IMG/VR virus record: IMGVR_UViG_3300042878_000903
Coordinates: 32,001 to 96,000 of that record
Length of the DNA stretch: 64,000 nucleotides
Strand: one strand, 5' to 3'
Source of the DNA: a virus
The translations under genes and the position numbers were made by a program. This document shows positions 38,056 through 48,780 of this stretch, piece after piece (position 1 is the stretch's first letter; each line of letters starts with the position of its first letter). The notes beneath the pieces are model-generated. The model had not been told where the DNA came from and searched no databases. It saw only the letters and a list, made by a program, of their open reading frames with translations.

Positions 38056-38473
38056 TTATCTGGTTCTCCGACCTTTTGGCAATTGAGTTATATGCCATAA
38101 GTGTTCCAAACGGATCTGTAATTGGTGTTGAGCTTACTATCTCAAAAACTGTGGGTGTATCATTTGGGTAATTCAATTCATACCATATTACATTATTAGA
38201 TGAATCTTTAATGTTAGTTATCTTTTGTCTATATGTAATTGGTGTTTGTGTTCTAATTTCTATAGTTTGAGTGTTTTCATATTTAATTGATATAGACCTA
38301 TTGTCTCCGCTTCTTGCAGAAGATGAGTTAGATATAATTCCTTTTGCAAAACAAGGGAGTGTCTTTTCATATATCCAAGACTTTTTAATGGCACCAGTAT
38401 TTGGGTCCTGATAATCTTCTTGCATATATATATCTACTTTCATATTGAAAATAGAATCGACCAGATTGTTCAT
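38045..38473 (-). CDS. Head-to-tail stopper (head closure)
   Basis: QD..TG...KSW pattern; position. Confidence 0.65.
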   Translation of the reverse strand: MNNLVDSIFNMKVDIYMQEDYQDPNTGAIKKSWIYEKTLPCFAKGIISNSSSARSGDNRSISIKYENTQTIEIRTQTPITYRQKITNIKDSSNNVIWYELNYPNDTPTVFEIVSSTPITDPFGTLMAYNSIAKRSENQIIGD

Positions 38474-38474
38474 G

Positions 38475-39455
38475 TTAAATAACTACCATCTTATTTGTAA
38501 CGTATGGCAGCAATAGCTGGTCTGCATAGTTATTTCCTGTGCCGCTAAATGCTGATGTGTCGTATTGGAACTGCCAGTCAAATGTTTGTATGCTCTTTAT
38601 GTATTTATTGCGCCACTCTTTGTCTTTAGAAAAAAAGTCTCTCATTAATTCTATACATGCAAGCTCTACTTCGTCTGGAACATTATCCCAGCCATATCTA
38701 CCAGCAACTCTGTATGTTCCGCCATTTACAAATATACCTCTTCCGCTATCATTAATGCTTGGAGGAATCATGCCATTTGCGTAATACACTACATTGTCTA
38801 AAGCGTTTGATCTATCCACTCTTAACCCAAATCCACTTTCAGATATGGAAACTGGCATGTTTAAATTATTAATACTGTTAATGGTGTCAACCAAAAGCAT
38901 GTCATTTAAATAAAGCTCGTGTAACTGGTTAATTTTTTGAGGCAATGGCAGGACGTCTGCTCCAGTTGAATAAACAATATTTACATCATCATATAAATGG
39001 AACTGCTGTCCAGTATAATTTTCAATTAATTTTCTAGCATATCGCTCTGCAGCAACTAGGTCAGCAAATGTTTTATAATTTGGGTCAGACTGATCAAATC
39101 CAAACCCTAATGCATCTGCTGCCTGAGTTAAATCTGCGTATGGAGTTACAACAAAAATCTTATGCTCTTTTGTTACTAACTGTCCGTCAACCTGATATTC
39201 CCATACTAGCTTTAATGATCTAGGTCTGTTTGTAAGAGTCAGTGGCGGGTATACGCTGTATACTCCAAAGTCTGTGTCTACTTCTTCTGCTGTTTGTGTG
39301 TGTAGAATAGTGACTGGATTAATAGATGGAGCAACTGCTGGGTCTTCAGTTATGTCATAAAACTTAACTGTTGGAAGTGAATCTGCTCTAGATATGCCGC
39401 CTTTCCAAAAGACTCTTTGCTTTACTGGAGCATTTGTTCCTACTATAATTTCCAT
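38475..39455 (-). CDS. Head-to-tail adaptor
   Basis: ARKLIENYTG, GWDNVPDEVELA and D.LL.PY motifs. Confidence 0.75.
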   Translation of the reverse strand: MEIIVGTNAPVKQRVFWKGGISRADSLPTVKFYDITEDPAVAPSINPVTILHTQTAEEVDTDFGVYSVYPPLTLTNRPRSLKLVWEYQVDGQLVTKEHKIFVVTPYADLTQAADALGFGFDQSDPNYKTFADLVAAERYARKLIENYTGQQFHLYDDVNIVYSTGADVLPLPQKINQLHELYLNDMLLVDTINSINNLNMPVSISESGFGLRVDRSNALDNVVYYANGMIPPSINDSGRGIFVNGGTYRVAGRYGWDNVPDEVELACIELMRDFFSKDKEWRNKYIKSIQTFDWQFQYDTSAFSGTGNNYADQLLLPYVTNKMVVI

Positions 39456-39470
39456 TTTGTGTTGTTAAGA

Positions 39471-39866
39471 TTAGCCGTAATAATCCTGTACTTCTTTTGG
39501 TGTGGCTAAACGAAACCCCTCCTCTATATCAAAAATTTCTTGAGCAGAATCTTTGTGCATTGCTACAAATGGGTGTTCTTGTGTAAAAGTGTGGCCCAAA
39601 ATATCATACCTAAAGTTTGCTCTTGTCATTCTAACTAGTACAGTATCTTCTGTACGCTCTGCCTTTGGATCAAATACTGGAAGGACTTCAATTTCCTCTT
39701 TTGCATCTTCTATATCTTTTAGTGTCTTGGCATACAGTTCGTATGTAACACCCTCTTCTGATAATGCTGCGATTATGTCTTGCTTATTCTTAAGTCCTTC
39801 TGTTTCAACTGCAAAATCTTCTGCAATTGCTTTTAGTTCTCCGACCTTTAATGTGTCAAAAGACAT
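39471..39866 (-). CDS. Hypothetical protein with HeH/Rho-N-like N-terminus
   Basis: LKVGELKAIA...KQDIIAAL. Confidence 0.6.
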   Translation of the reverse strand: MSFDTLKVGELKAIAEDFAVETEGLKNKQDIIAALSEEGVTYELYAKTLKDIEDAKEEIEVLPVFDPKAERTEDTVLVRMTRANFRYDILGHTFTQEHPFVAMHKDSAQEIFDIEEGFRLATPKEVQDYYG

Positions 39867-39913
39867 TTATTACTCCTTTTTCTAGGTAAATCCATTATAG
39901 CATTGTATAATTA

Positions 39914-39944
39914 AAATGAAAAGCCCCCAAAATTAATTGGGGGC
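39914..39944 (-). terminator. Intrinsic terminator after the major capsid gene
   Basis: GCCCCCAA-ttaatt-TTGGGGGC followed by TTTTCATTTT. Confidence 0.85.
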
Positions 39945-39965
39945 CTCTCTGAGATTAATTCCTAA

Positions 39966-41018
39966 TTAGGAAGCAACCTTAACGTTCTTTACAACTACCC
40001 AAGCGTCTGCCTGCTCGATTTGAACGCCAACACGAGTATACATTGTGTACTCGATTGAGTCCTTACGTGGCCAGAAGAAGCGGTAAACTGTTACGTCACG
40101 CTTTACACCAATTACCACGTTGTTAGGGAATGTCAAGTGGACATCTCCGTGTGATCCTGATGGACTTGCGTATGTACCAGTTTGTGTCTCTGGAAGAAGT
40201 GGAACTTCAACGATTGGAATACCAAATGCGTATGGAGCTACATATCCTGCAGGACCTCCTAGAACAGGAACATCACCACGGATAATGCCAGAGGCAATAT
40301 CTTGTGGAGTAACGTTCTGAACGTTCTGTGAGTTAGAGTATAAGTAATCTTGGATCAAGTTTGATCCTGCAAGGAAGCGAAGGTCTGTACGACGTTGCTT
40401 GTACTTACGTGGAAGAGCCTTAAGTGCTGAGTTGAATACTGCACGGGAGATATTAGCTCCTGCTGCATCTACTACACGACCAGAGGTCTTAGCTTTCTTT
40501 ACAACACCATTAAATGACTTGTAAAGAGCATCGGTTGTTAGAGATTCGTCACCGTTAAGAATAACATCTTCGATGTCATTTCCTGCTTGTGTCGCCATCA
40601 AACGTGCAATGTGATCTTCTAGATCTGCACCCTCGATGTTATCTTCTAGTGATTCTGTTGAAAGCTCCCAGTCCATGCGTAGCTTCTTTGTTGTTAAAGA
40701 GATCTTTGAGAAAGTTACAGCTGAGTTAACACCTGTATTGTCTCCTTCGGATGCAAGCTTAACAAGCTTCTCTCCTACTGACATACGATCAATTTCTGTT
40801 GTGTCTGACTTCATTCGAACTGTACGTGCGACTTTTCCAATTACGGTTGAATCGAACATATAGTCTAGGAAGCGAGCTGATTGTTCTGGATTAAGAAGAC
40901 CACCGTTGCCAGCCTCAGCTGCTACGTGTGTTCCACTTGTTGCTCCAGTTGATGATGCGAATCCAGCTGTAGCTGTTGTGCCTGCTGCGATTGCTTTTTC
41001 TAATGTTTCATTACTCAT
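39966..41018 (-). CDS. Major capsid protein (HK97 fold)
   Basis: GGLLNPEQ, LSTESLEDN, ILNGD and FGIPIV motifs; follows the protease; own terminator. Confidence 0.92.
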   Translation of the reverse strand: MSNETLEKAIAAGTTATAGFASSTGATSGTHVAAEAGNGGLLNPEQSARFLDYMFDSTVIGKVARTVRMKSDTTEIDRMSVGEKLVKLASEGDNTGVNSAVTFSKISLTTKKLRMDWELSTESLEDNIEGADLEDHIARLMATQAGNDIEDVILNGDESLTTDALYKSFNGVVKKAKTSGRVVDAAGANISRAVFNSALKALPRKYKQRRTDLRFLAGSNLIQDYLYSNSQNVQNVTPQDIASGIIRGDVPVLGGPAGYVAPYAFGIPIVEVPLLPETQTGTYASPSGSHGDVHLTFPNNVVIGVKRDVTVYRFFWPRKDSIEYTMYTRVGVQIEQADAWVVVKNVKVAS

Positions 41019-41034
41019 TTTTATTTCACCTACC

Positions 41035-42378
41035 CTAGTTAAATATTTCGTTTACGGAACCGAGGAAAGAACCGTTCCATTTTGATTTGTTTACTGCTGG
41101 TACAACAGACCCGCCAAGGTCTGAGGACTTTTTAATTGCTGTATCGCCTTCTACGGCATCTACACGCTTTTGAACACCATCAATGGTGCCCTTTATTTCT
41201 GTGACAGCGGCACTAAGTGCACTGTGCTTTTCTGCTAACTCTGTAATTTGAGCATTTACGCCCTTGCTAAAAGTCTCTACAGTTTCTTTGATTTCTGAAA
41301 CCTGTGCTGCATTTGCCTCTGTAGCCTTGCTAAGAGTATCTGCAAAGAATCCCTTTAGGTCTACTAACATTTTTGCAAAATCAGGTTCTTCAACTGCAGC
41401 TTCTGCTTGAGGAGCATCAACTGACTTAAAGACATCTACAGAAGCAGAGCCTGCATCTTCCACTGAGTTATCAGCGTTTGGTGCATCTTCGACTGCAGGT
41501 GCATCAGATGCCACTACGGTCTCTTCAACGATTGCTGTTTCTGCAGTTACTACTGTTGAATCTTCAGCTGTTACGTTTAGTTTTTCCACTTCATTACCTC
41601 CTTGTACGTTAACCTGTTTTGCTATTGTTTGTATTCCAGGTAACGGAACTCTTGACTTCTTAAATGAAGCAAGAATCTTATCTATCTCTTTTGATTTGTT
41701 TATGTCTGAGCTTTCGACCCATCCAATTAGCGTAGCTTCTTTTCCAGTAACTGGAGAAGAATACGTTTTGTCTGTCGAGATAAAAACAGAATCGCTTTCT
41801 TCGCAATAAAAAATATTTTCTGTAACTACATCTGCTGCCATACCTTTAAATACAAGTTGGCCGTTCATTTTTTCTATTGAAATAATATTGCACATTTCGT
41901 TTGCTGGAGAATCAACAATTGATAATTCAATTAAATCGTAATCTTTAATAAATCTTACAGTTTCTCCTGTTGCTTTATTCATTTCATTATCTGACTCTTT
42001 AATTTTTCCGCCAATTGAAAAACCTGAAAGTGTTCCGTCAAGAACTTTCTCCCATGTATCTTGTGCACCTTTAGAGATATATGATGTTACATAAACTCCA
42101 TTATAAAATTCTTTTGATTTTTGATCGTAATATGTTTCTGGTTTAAAAGAAACTACTTTGCCTACAGCTAGTGGCTGATGCATCTCTCTAAGATTGCCTC
42201 TAAAACTTTCAAATGCTTTCAGGCTTGCTTCTGCTGTTACAACATCACCTGTTTGATCTACATTGTCTAATGTAGCAAATCCAGAAACAGTTCTATTCTC
42301 CCTATTCACTTTTGTGAACGGGACAGCTAAATGAATGTTTTGGCCGTCGGTGGACCACTGGGCTTTTTCAATGTTCAT
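41035..42378 (-). CDS. Prohead maturation protease fused to acidic/coiled-coil scaffold
   Basis: REMH, GFSIGG and ELSIVDSPAN motifs; C-terminal acidic and heptad region. Confidence 0.88.
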   Translation of the reverse strand: MNIEKAQWSTDGQNIHLAVPFTKVNRENRTVSGFATLDNVDQTGDVVTAEASLKAFESFRGNLREMHQPLAVGKVVSFKPETYYDQKSKEFYNGVYVTSYISKGAQDTWEKVLDGTLSGFSIGGKIKESDNEMNKATGETVRFIKDYDLIELSIVDSPANEMCNIISIEKMNGQLVFKGMAADVVTENIFYCEESDSVFISTDKTYSSPVTGKEATLIGWVESSDINKSKEIDKILASFKKSRVPLPGIQTIAKQVNVQGGNEVEKLNVTAEDSTVVTAETAIVEETVVASDAPAVEDAPNADNSVEDAGSASVDVFKSVDAPQAEAAVEEPDFAKMLVDLKGFFADTLSKATEANAAQVSEIKETVETFSKGVNAQITELAEKHSALSAAVTEIKGTIDGVQKRVDAVEGDTAIKKSSDLGGSVVPAVNKSKWNGSFLGSVNEIFN

Positions 42379-42385
42379 ATGCTTA

Positions 42386-42414
42386 ATTTTAATGGTTTAT
42401 CTACTATAAAGCAA
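42386..42414 (-). promoter_or_regulatory. Promoter TTGCTT-N17-TAAAAT, near-leaderless (ATG 8 nt downstream)
   Basis: Read directly. Confidence 0.5.
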
Positions 42415-42431
42415 ATAGCAGTTGATTAGGG

Positions 42432-44015
42432 TTAGTCAACCCTTTTTCCGTCACCCTTTGCATTTCTGCCTTCTCCGACTTTATCGGAAGATGCGGCAGA
42501 TCTTTCTGAATCCCTAGCCCTAGTTTTGCCAGCAGTTGCTTTTTGATCAGCTGCTTGCTGTGGCTTTAATTCAACCATTTCATCTCCACCGTCAACAGGA
42601 ATCATTCCTTTTCTAATTCTAACTTCATTAGGCGTAATTACCTGCATTCTTAAATATCTTTCGTCTATTTGAGACTGAGTATCTTCGTCAGTTAAGGTCA
42701 ACTCTTCAAATTTAATTTTTAATGCATCTGTTTTTTCTTCAATTATTGAATTAATTCTTTTTTCAAGTCTCATTTGAGCTGGACGGCAAACCTGCTCTTT
42801 AAATGTTTTATCTGCATCCCTGGCATTTGCCAAAGACACGCCTTCTGGAACACCAATTTTATTAATTGGAACTCTGTGTGCCAATAGAATTTCATCTCTA
42901 TTTGATTGTCTATAAATATTAAATGAGGACTCTTGGGCACCAGCTTCAACTGGCTCCATTTTAAATTCAACTTTATTGTCTTGAGTGTCGGCTGGCAGAG
43001 GGATATATAGTGATCTATGGTTTTTACCCTTTAGTCCAACCTGGAAAAATTCAAGCAATTTTCTTTCTGACTCTGGAGAAAGCTTTGCTCCCTTTACGGT
43101 AATAATATATCTTGGGACAGCTTTGTTTTCAAAATAGTCTAAGTTATATCTTCCAGCAAATTCATTTCCAGCAAGCGACATCTGGGCTGCCACAATATCT
43201 GGGATTCCGTAATAGTTATTCATTGGAGTGTATTTCTTTAAATGAATAATTTCGTTTGGCCTATCTTCTGAATCACCAATTGGATTAATGGTTTCTGTGT
43301 CTCCAAAATTTCTAAAGAATACAGCCTTTCCATAAAGCAATTGCATAAATCCATCTCTAAGTCTTCTTACACGCATGGTTTTTGATGGTATATGTCCAAT
43401 ATACCCAATGTCTCCACCTGTGGTTCTACCAATTTCAAGGTACCCGTTGCCAGTTGCCTCTAAGTCTGTATAAGCCTTTATTAATGTTTCGGTAAACGTA
43501 TCTTCTTGATTTGTTGCATCTAGCCAGTCTTGAAGATCTTGCTTTAATTTATTTAATTTTCTACGAGCTCTATCTAGTTGCTTATCATCTGTTATTGCAT
43601 CAATTGCATCATTTGTTTTTCTTGTTTCCATAAAAGAATATCCGAGACCAACAATGTTTGCTACCTTAGCATTAATGGCTGCGTAGTTGTATGTTGAAAC
43701 TTCATATATTTGAGAAAGGTATTCTAAATTATATACTGGCTGTACAAGGTCAAACATTGCATATCCAGTAACTGCTGATTGTAATAGATTTTGCTGTGTC
43801 GCTGCACCATCTTTACCAGTAAATGATTTTGAAAAATCTCTATTTACTTTTCTTTTAAAATTTGTTCCAAGGCCTCTTACTTTTTTAAGGTCATCAATAC
43901 CAATTGCAAATGGGTCTACGTGTTCTTTTTCTTTCTTAAATGAGAATAAGTCTGAGCTATTTTTAACAGATACTTCGTATGCATCTTCTGGTCCGTCTTC
44001 TAAAAATTGTGTCAT
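42432..44015 (-). CDS. Portal protein
   Basis: TGNGYLE, EIIH, YYGIP, YFENKAVP, HRVP and TPNEVR motifs. Confidence 0.93.
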   Translation of the reverse strand: MTQFLEDGPEDAYEVSVKNSSDLFSFKKEKEHVDPFAIGIDDLKKVRGLGTNFKRKVNRDFSKSFTGKDGAATQQNLLQSAVTGYAMFDLVQPVYNLEYLSQIYEVSTYNYAAINAKVANIVGLGYSFMETRKTNDAIDAITDDKQLDRARRKLNKLKQDLQDWLDATNQEDTFTETLIKAYTDLEATGNGYLEIGRTTGGDIGYIGHIPSKTMRVRRLRDGFMQLLYGKAVFFRNFGDTETINPIGDSEDRPNEIIHLKKYTPMNNYYGIPDIVAAQMSLAGNEFAGRYNLDYFENKAVPRYIITVKGAKLSPESERKLLEFFQVGLKGKNHRSLYIPLPADTQDNKVEFKMEPVEAGAQESSFNIYRQSNRDEILLAHRVPINKIGVPEGVSLANARDADKTFKEQVCRPAQMRLEKRINSIIEEKTDALKIKFEELTLTDEDTQSQIDERYLRMQVITPNEVRIRKGMIPVDGGDEMVELKPQQAADQKATAGKTRARDSERSAASSDKVGEGRNAKGDGKRVD

Positions 44016-44350
44016 TTTACAGCTCCCCCTCTTAACATTGAATCTTTATACTCTCCAATATCTAATGGATCTGGAGTAAGACCCCATTTAAGCCTTTCGT
44101 TTTGATGCTCAAACTCTTCGTCATCAATTTTTCTTCTACCTGAAAGAAACTTAGGTTGACCTTCGTTAATTCCATAATGTCTAACAGAATCTGCGAGTGC
44201 GGCGATTTTAGATCTGTTACCTTTAGTTGATGTTATAGAAAGGAAATTGCCATCATCGTCGCCGATCCATCGGCCATCTGGCATTTCCCATACGTATATG
44301 CCTAGACGTGTCTCTTCAATAACTTGACTTTTTTGATTTAAGATTTCCAT
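44012..44350 (-). CDS. Hypothetical protein coupled to portal
   Basis: 112 aa; TGGTAAACT extended -10 at 44360-44368. Confidence 0.7.
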   Translation of the reverse strand: MEILNQKSQVIEETRLGIYVWEMPDGRWIGDDDGNFLSITSTKGNRSKIAALADSVRHYGINEGQPKFLSGRRKIDDEEFEHQNERLKWGLTPDPLDIGEYKDSMLRGGAVK

Positions 44351-44431
44351 ATGTTAACCAGTTTACCATTATTCTCAACAAAAGTCCATCTTCTGTACCA
44401 GTCTATGACAATATTTTAAAAATATTGCAGG

Positions 44432-46237
44432 CTAGACGTCAAAAGATCTTGTGAAGTAGGCTGTGTTGTCTAGGCCAGTAGCACTTTCTGAGAAAGTTAT
44501 ACCTGGGTCTTGTACGGTAAATGAATTTTCTGAGCAATACAGCTTATAATTCTTTAGAGCCTCTGGGGCCGTAAATGGGGTTTCATAAAATGCTAAATTG
44601 CTATAGGTATTAGATCCACCATATTCCGACCCGCTCTGGTTCTGATTTAATTTAATATTTGTAGCGCCTGCGTTTAGTACTATTAAAATGTGATGAGATA
44701 CTCCGCTTAATAAAAATTGGGATACGTTGGTGGATGTAGTTCTATTTACTCCATTTACATATATTGCACTAATTCCATTTTTTGTTATTACTCCGCTATT
44801 TGTCCAGCTTAGAGAAGCTGAGGCTGATGAGAATAAAATATTTTTTCCTTCTCTTGGAGTAAAAAACATCTCTATTGTTCTTGGATGTATTGGGAGGTCT
44901 ACTGAAAAGCCGTAACCAGATTGCATAGTCAATCCATTATATTTATTTTGCATTCTTACTGGGTAGTTATAATAACCCAATGAATAGTCGTAGTCTGAAT
45001 ATATTTTGCCTCCACCATTATCAGAATAAAAATCTTTATTTGAATATAAGTCAATTTCTAATTTATCAAAGAAAGGGAGGTCAAAAGATGAATCTAGGGT
45101 AGTCATTGTTACACGAATGTCTAGTATTGGACCAGATAGGTCTTCATTTTTATTATAATATGGAAGAGCAGAATTGTTTTTACATACTACCCATGGCTGC
45201 CCTGGAACTTTAGCTTCTACTAAAATATTTTGTACATCTTGGCCATAAGATATTCTAGAAGAAACAATGTTTTCTGGGTTTGGCACATAAAGTCTTTCTT
45301 CAAATACAAAGGTTTTTGTTTCTACTAATTCTGTTTGGGCAAATTCTATTCTTTTATAAGTTGGATTATAATATGCATCTCCCGAAACTATAGAATCTAA
45401 AGATTTAGATCCAGGATATCTATATGAGACTGCTGGTTTTAAAAATACAGAATTTAATGAAAATAATATACCGTTTTTAGAATAAACAATTTGTGAATAT
45501 TTAGTCTCTTTATACCCAGCTAAATAATGTGCTAAAATTTTTGTGTCTTCTATTTCATAATTATATACTGCTGCTGAATCTACTAAAAATCTTTTACCAG
45601 TATTTGCTGGACCAATTTTAGGAGTCATAACTGCATTTGTAAATTTAAAGCCTGCCGTAATAAATTTTTCAGAAGCCAGAGATCCGTTTATGTACAAAGA
45701 TATTTTATCTTTAGAAAATATTCCCACTATATGCATTACTTTGGTCTTGGCCACTTTAGACCATACCTTTTCTTGATTTGTGCACTTAAATATTACATTT
45801 TCATTTTTATAAAATAGGCCTATATTATTTGTTGCATCTCCAATGATTAAGTATTCTGATAGGTCAGAAGGATCTGGACTAAACCATATTTCAAATGCGA
45901 ATGGATTGTCTGGGCTTTTAGAATTAGCAATCCCTAAAGCTTTTAAAGATAGATCAACGTTTTCATTAATTTCAGTTCCTCTAATACCAGATCCTACTAT
46001 TGGAATAACTTCCATATCCGAAGCATCTATCGCATAGCCTTCCATAGAATTTCCAGAATAGTCTACAATTGGAAGTCCGCTAACTGCTGCATATGAAATT
46101 CCATTATCTTTTAAATCCTGATAGGTAGAATATAATGAAGTTAAGTTACTATATAGACCAGTCTCTCCAGAACGAACCTCATCTAACAAAAAAAATGCAA
46201 GTGGGTTATCTTTTAAGACAGTATATTTATATGACAT
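44432..46237 (-). CDS. LamG/ConA-like domain virion protein
   Basis: SY...VLKDNPLAFF.LDE start; FEIWF...HIVG...LYING...AVYN LamG pattern. Confidence 0.7.
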   Translation of the reverse strand: MSYKYTVLKDNPLAFFLLDEVRSGETGLYSNLTSLYSTYQDLKDNGISYAAVSGLPIVDYSGNSMEGYAIDASDMEVIPIVGSGIRGTEINENVDLSLKALGIANSKSPDNPFAFEIWFSPDPSDLSEYLIIGDATNNIGLFYKNENVIFKCTNQEKVWSKVAKTKVMHIVGIFSKDKISLYINGSLASEKFITAGFKFTNAVMTPKIGPANTGKRFLVDSAAVYNYEIEDTKILAHYLAGYKETKYSQIVYSKNGILFSLNSVFLKPAVSYRYPGSKSLDSIVSGDAYYNPTYKRIEFAQTELVETKTFVFEERLYVPNPENIVSSRISYGQDVQNILVEAKVPGQPWVVCKNNSALPYYNKNEDLSGPILDIRVTMTTLDSSFDLPFFDKLEIDLYSNKDFYSDNGGGKIYSDYDYSLGYYNYPVRMQNKYNGLTMQSGYGFSVDLPIHPRTIEMFFTPREGKNILFSSASASLSWTNSGVITKNGISAIYVNGVNRTTSTNVSQFLLSGVSHHILIVLNAGATNIKLNQNQSGSEYGGSNTYSNLAFYETPFTAPEALKNYKLYCSENSFTVQDPGITFSESATGLDNTAYFTRSFDV

Positions 46238-46240
46238 GTC

Positions 46241-47353
46241 TTACTTCTCTTCTAGGGCTTTGACTCTCGCTGTAAGCTCTTGTACTGCTTTAATTAATGG
46301 TGATATAAATTGATCGTACCTAAGTCCTTGCATAGAATCTTCTTGTGACATATCCATTTTTACCCAACCAGCAAAATCCCCGACACCAGATTCATCTAAG
46401 GCTTGTTTTACTTCTTGGGCAATAAGTCCATAATGTGTTCTTGATCCAGGAATAGAAACTATGTCTCCTTCGACAACTTCTTTGCCGCCTTCAACGAACT
46501 TATATTTTACGGGATTTAAATTATTTATAAAGTCAAGACCAAGCGGGGATGTAGCAATATCAGTTTTTAATCTTTCATCTGAAGTATTAATGGTTCCAGT
46601 ATTAGAGTATATTGTTTTCCAAAATCTATTTGATGAAACTCCATTTGGTACATCTGTTGGCTGACCTATTGAATAAAGATTGTTTGCAAAAGGATACCAG
46701 TTAGAATTTACTCCGTATCCAGAAGATGTTGGTATGTTTAAACTTATTGTTGTTGGAATTGGGTCAATTGTTGCGCTCTCTCCAGGAATACCTTGAGGTC
46801 CAGTTGCGCCAGTTGCGCCAGTTGCGCCTCTTGGTATTGTAAATGAAAAAATAGCATTTGCTGTTGTTCCAGTATTTGTTACCGAAGCATTTGTTCCAGC
46901 ATTGCCAGTTGTGGTTGTTCCAACAGCTATTGTTGCTGGGCCTTGTGGACCTACTGGTCCTTGTATGCCTTGTGGACCTTGAGGGAGAACTAAATTTAAT
47001 GTTTGTGAAGGGCTGGTTCCAGTTATTGTTGCACTAGCAGAACCTCCCTCAACAACCGTTCCAATATTTAAAACATTGGATGGGCCAGGGCCACCAATAA
47101 TTCCATCAACACCTCTTGGTAATGTTAAATTTAATATAGCATTAGATGCAGTTCCTACATTAACAACTGATGCTGGTGTAGCCGCACTAACAGTAGTTAC
47201 TGTACCCACCGCTAACGTGCCTGAAGGGCCCTGTGGGCCTGGATTAGCGGCTATAAAGGTTGCAATGTCGGCACCAAGGTTTCCAAGGTCTCTAGGGACG
47301 TCTGGGGTGTCTGTATAGTCTGGAAATCTCCAGCCATTTACTCCTGTACTCAT
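46241..47353 (-). CDS. Collagen-like fibre protein with C-terminal peptidase S74 chaperone
   Basis: GXY runs (GPQGIQGPVGPQGP; GATGATGATGPQGIPG); TSDERLK...GLIAQEV; leaderless promoter TGGTATAAT at 47360-47368. Confidence 0.85.
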   Translation of the reverse strand: MSTGVNGWRFPDYTDTPDVPRDLGNLGADIATFIAANPGPQGPSGTLAVGTVTTVSAATPASVVNVGTASNAILNLTLPRGVDGIIGGPGPSNVLNIGTVVEGGSASATITGTSPSQTLNLVLPQGPQGIQGPVGPQGPATIAVGTTTTGNAGTNASVTNTGTTANAIFSFTIPRGATGATGATGPQGIPGESATIDPIPTTISLNIPTSSGYGVNSNWYPFANNLYSIGQPTDVPNGVSSNRFWKTIYSNTGTINTSDERLKTDIATSPLGLDFINNLNPVKYKFVEGGKEVVEGDIVSIPGSRTHYGLIAQEVKQALDESGVGDFAGWVKMDMSQEDSMQGLRYDQFISPLIKAVQELTARVKALEEK

Positions 47354-47373
47354 TTTTTTATTATACCACCTAT

Positions 47374-48024
47374 CTATTTAATATATATGTGTGCTGGGCT
47401 CATGTATCTAATGCCAGACACAATAGGCTTTACTTCGTGAATATATGGCTCTTGTGATGGGAACATTATTAGGCTTCCAGCTTTTGGTTTTATAGTAACA
47501 TTGTGATTTGGGAAACTAATTTCTCCACCCTCATAATCATCATTAACATATGCCACTAAAGAAAATGCTAAATCCTTGTTGCCATCCTGTCCATCAAAAT
47601 GTGGGCCCATTGATTGTCCTTCATTCCAGGCTTTTATTGGTATGCGATCAAGACTTAAATTATATTTATTTCTATCTAATTTTCTAGCGTCTAAATATCT
47701 ATCAGTACACATTTGAAAGGCCATCAAAAAACTATTGGCAATATAAAGAGTTTTTTTATCTACTATATCTGATCCAGTAGTTGTTTTTAACGCAGATCTA
47801 TTTATTGTTTTTGTTTTACCATATACCAGACTAGAATCATTGCTTGCCGTCCAATTTTCCCATTTGGATATCCTGGAATACGACTCTGGCTCTTCGTCTA
47901 TTTTGTCTATAAAATCTTTTAAATGTTCTGGAAAGCTTAATGCATTTTCCCAGTACCAGATATCTGTTCCCAAAATTTTAAGATCAAACATTATAAACTG
48001 CTTAAACTCTACATTATTTTGCAT
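47374..48024 (-). CDS. 2OG-Fe(II) oxygenase (P4H-like) #5
   Basis: HFD...YVNDDYEGGE...HEV......RY. Confidence 0.9.
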   Translation of the reverse strand: MQNNVEFKQFIMFDLKILGTDIWYWENALSFPEHLKDFIDKIDEEPESYSRISKWENWTASNDSSLVYGKTKTINRSALKTTTGSDIVDKKTLYIANSFLMAFQMCTDRYLDARKLDRNKYNLSLDRIPIKAWNEGQSMGPHFDGQDGNKDLAFSLVAYVNDDYEGGEISFPNHNVTIKPKAGSLIMFPSQEPYIHEVKPIVSGIRYMSPAHIYIK

Positions 48025-48025
48025 G

Positions 48026-48778
48026 TTAGCCCTCTACTTCTGATGCTGGATACACTTCTCCACGGGGGGTTATTCTTAATCCTTTATTTCTATAGTCTTC
48101 CCACTCAATAGCCTCATCTGCTTGCATTGCTCTAACCTCAGCAAGCTCTGCCGCCCAAGCATCTCTAACTTCTTGCGGGTAATCACTTTCTTCTCTATCG
48201 TCCCAGAATGATCCTAGAGTATATCTAATAGATTTTTTAACTGTGGTAACTTCGTGCATGTTATGGAATCCTCCAGCAAATGTTACTAGAGTTCCAGTTT
48301 TTGGAACAATTGTTAATCCATGCTTAAAGTTTAAAATACCATCTTCAAAGTCATCGTTTAAATAAAGAAAGGTTGCATATCTACTTCTAGTAAATGCTCC
48401 TGAAACTCCATCATTAGAAGTATTGTCTGAGTGCATATTTGCAAAAGCTCCTGGTGCCCATCTTTGAGAGTGCCAGCTTATCTGCGACATTTGTGCTGAA
48501 TCTTTTCCAGCCATATCTGCAGTAGCATCTATAACTCTTTGTCTAAGATCTACAAAAAAATCTCCTGGTAAGCCACAGGCAATTGTGTCTGGGTCATTTA
48601 GCTCTGGAGTGCCTGATGAGTATGACTCATAAAATGAAATTGGCATCCACTTTAATTGTTCTTTTTCCATCTTAATAGCTAGAACATCAATAATTGATTT
48701 ACATTCATCTGGGGTTAAAAAATTGTCATATTGCACAATATCTGGCTTGTGTCTAGTTATAACCATATCTCTTTCCAT
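48026..48778 (-). CDS. 2OG-Fe(II) oxygenase (P4H-like) #4
   Basis: DNFLTPDEC, HSD, YLNDDFEDG, HEV......RY. Confidence 0.9.
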   Translation of the reverse strand: MERDMVITRHKPDIVQYDNFLTPDECKSIIDVLAIKMEKEQLKWMPISFYESYSSGTPELNDPDTIACGLPGDFFVDLRQRVIDATADMAGKDSAQMSQISWHSQRWAPGAFANMHSDNTSNDGVSGAFTRSRYATFLYLNDDFEDGILNFKHGLTIVPKTGTLVTFAGGFHNMHEVTTVKKSIRYTLGSFWDDREESDYPQEVRDAWAAELAEVRAMQADEAIEWEDYRNKGLRITPRGEVYPASEVEG

Positions 48779-48780
48779 AA

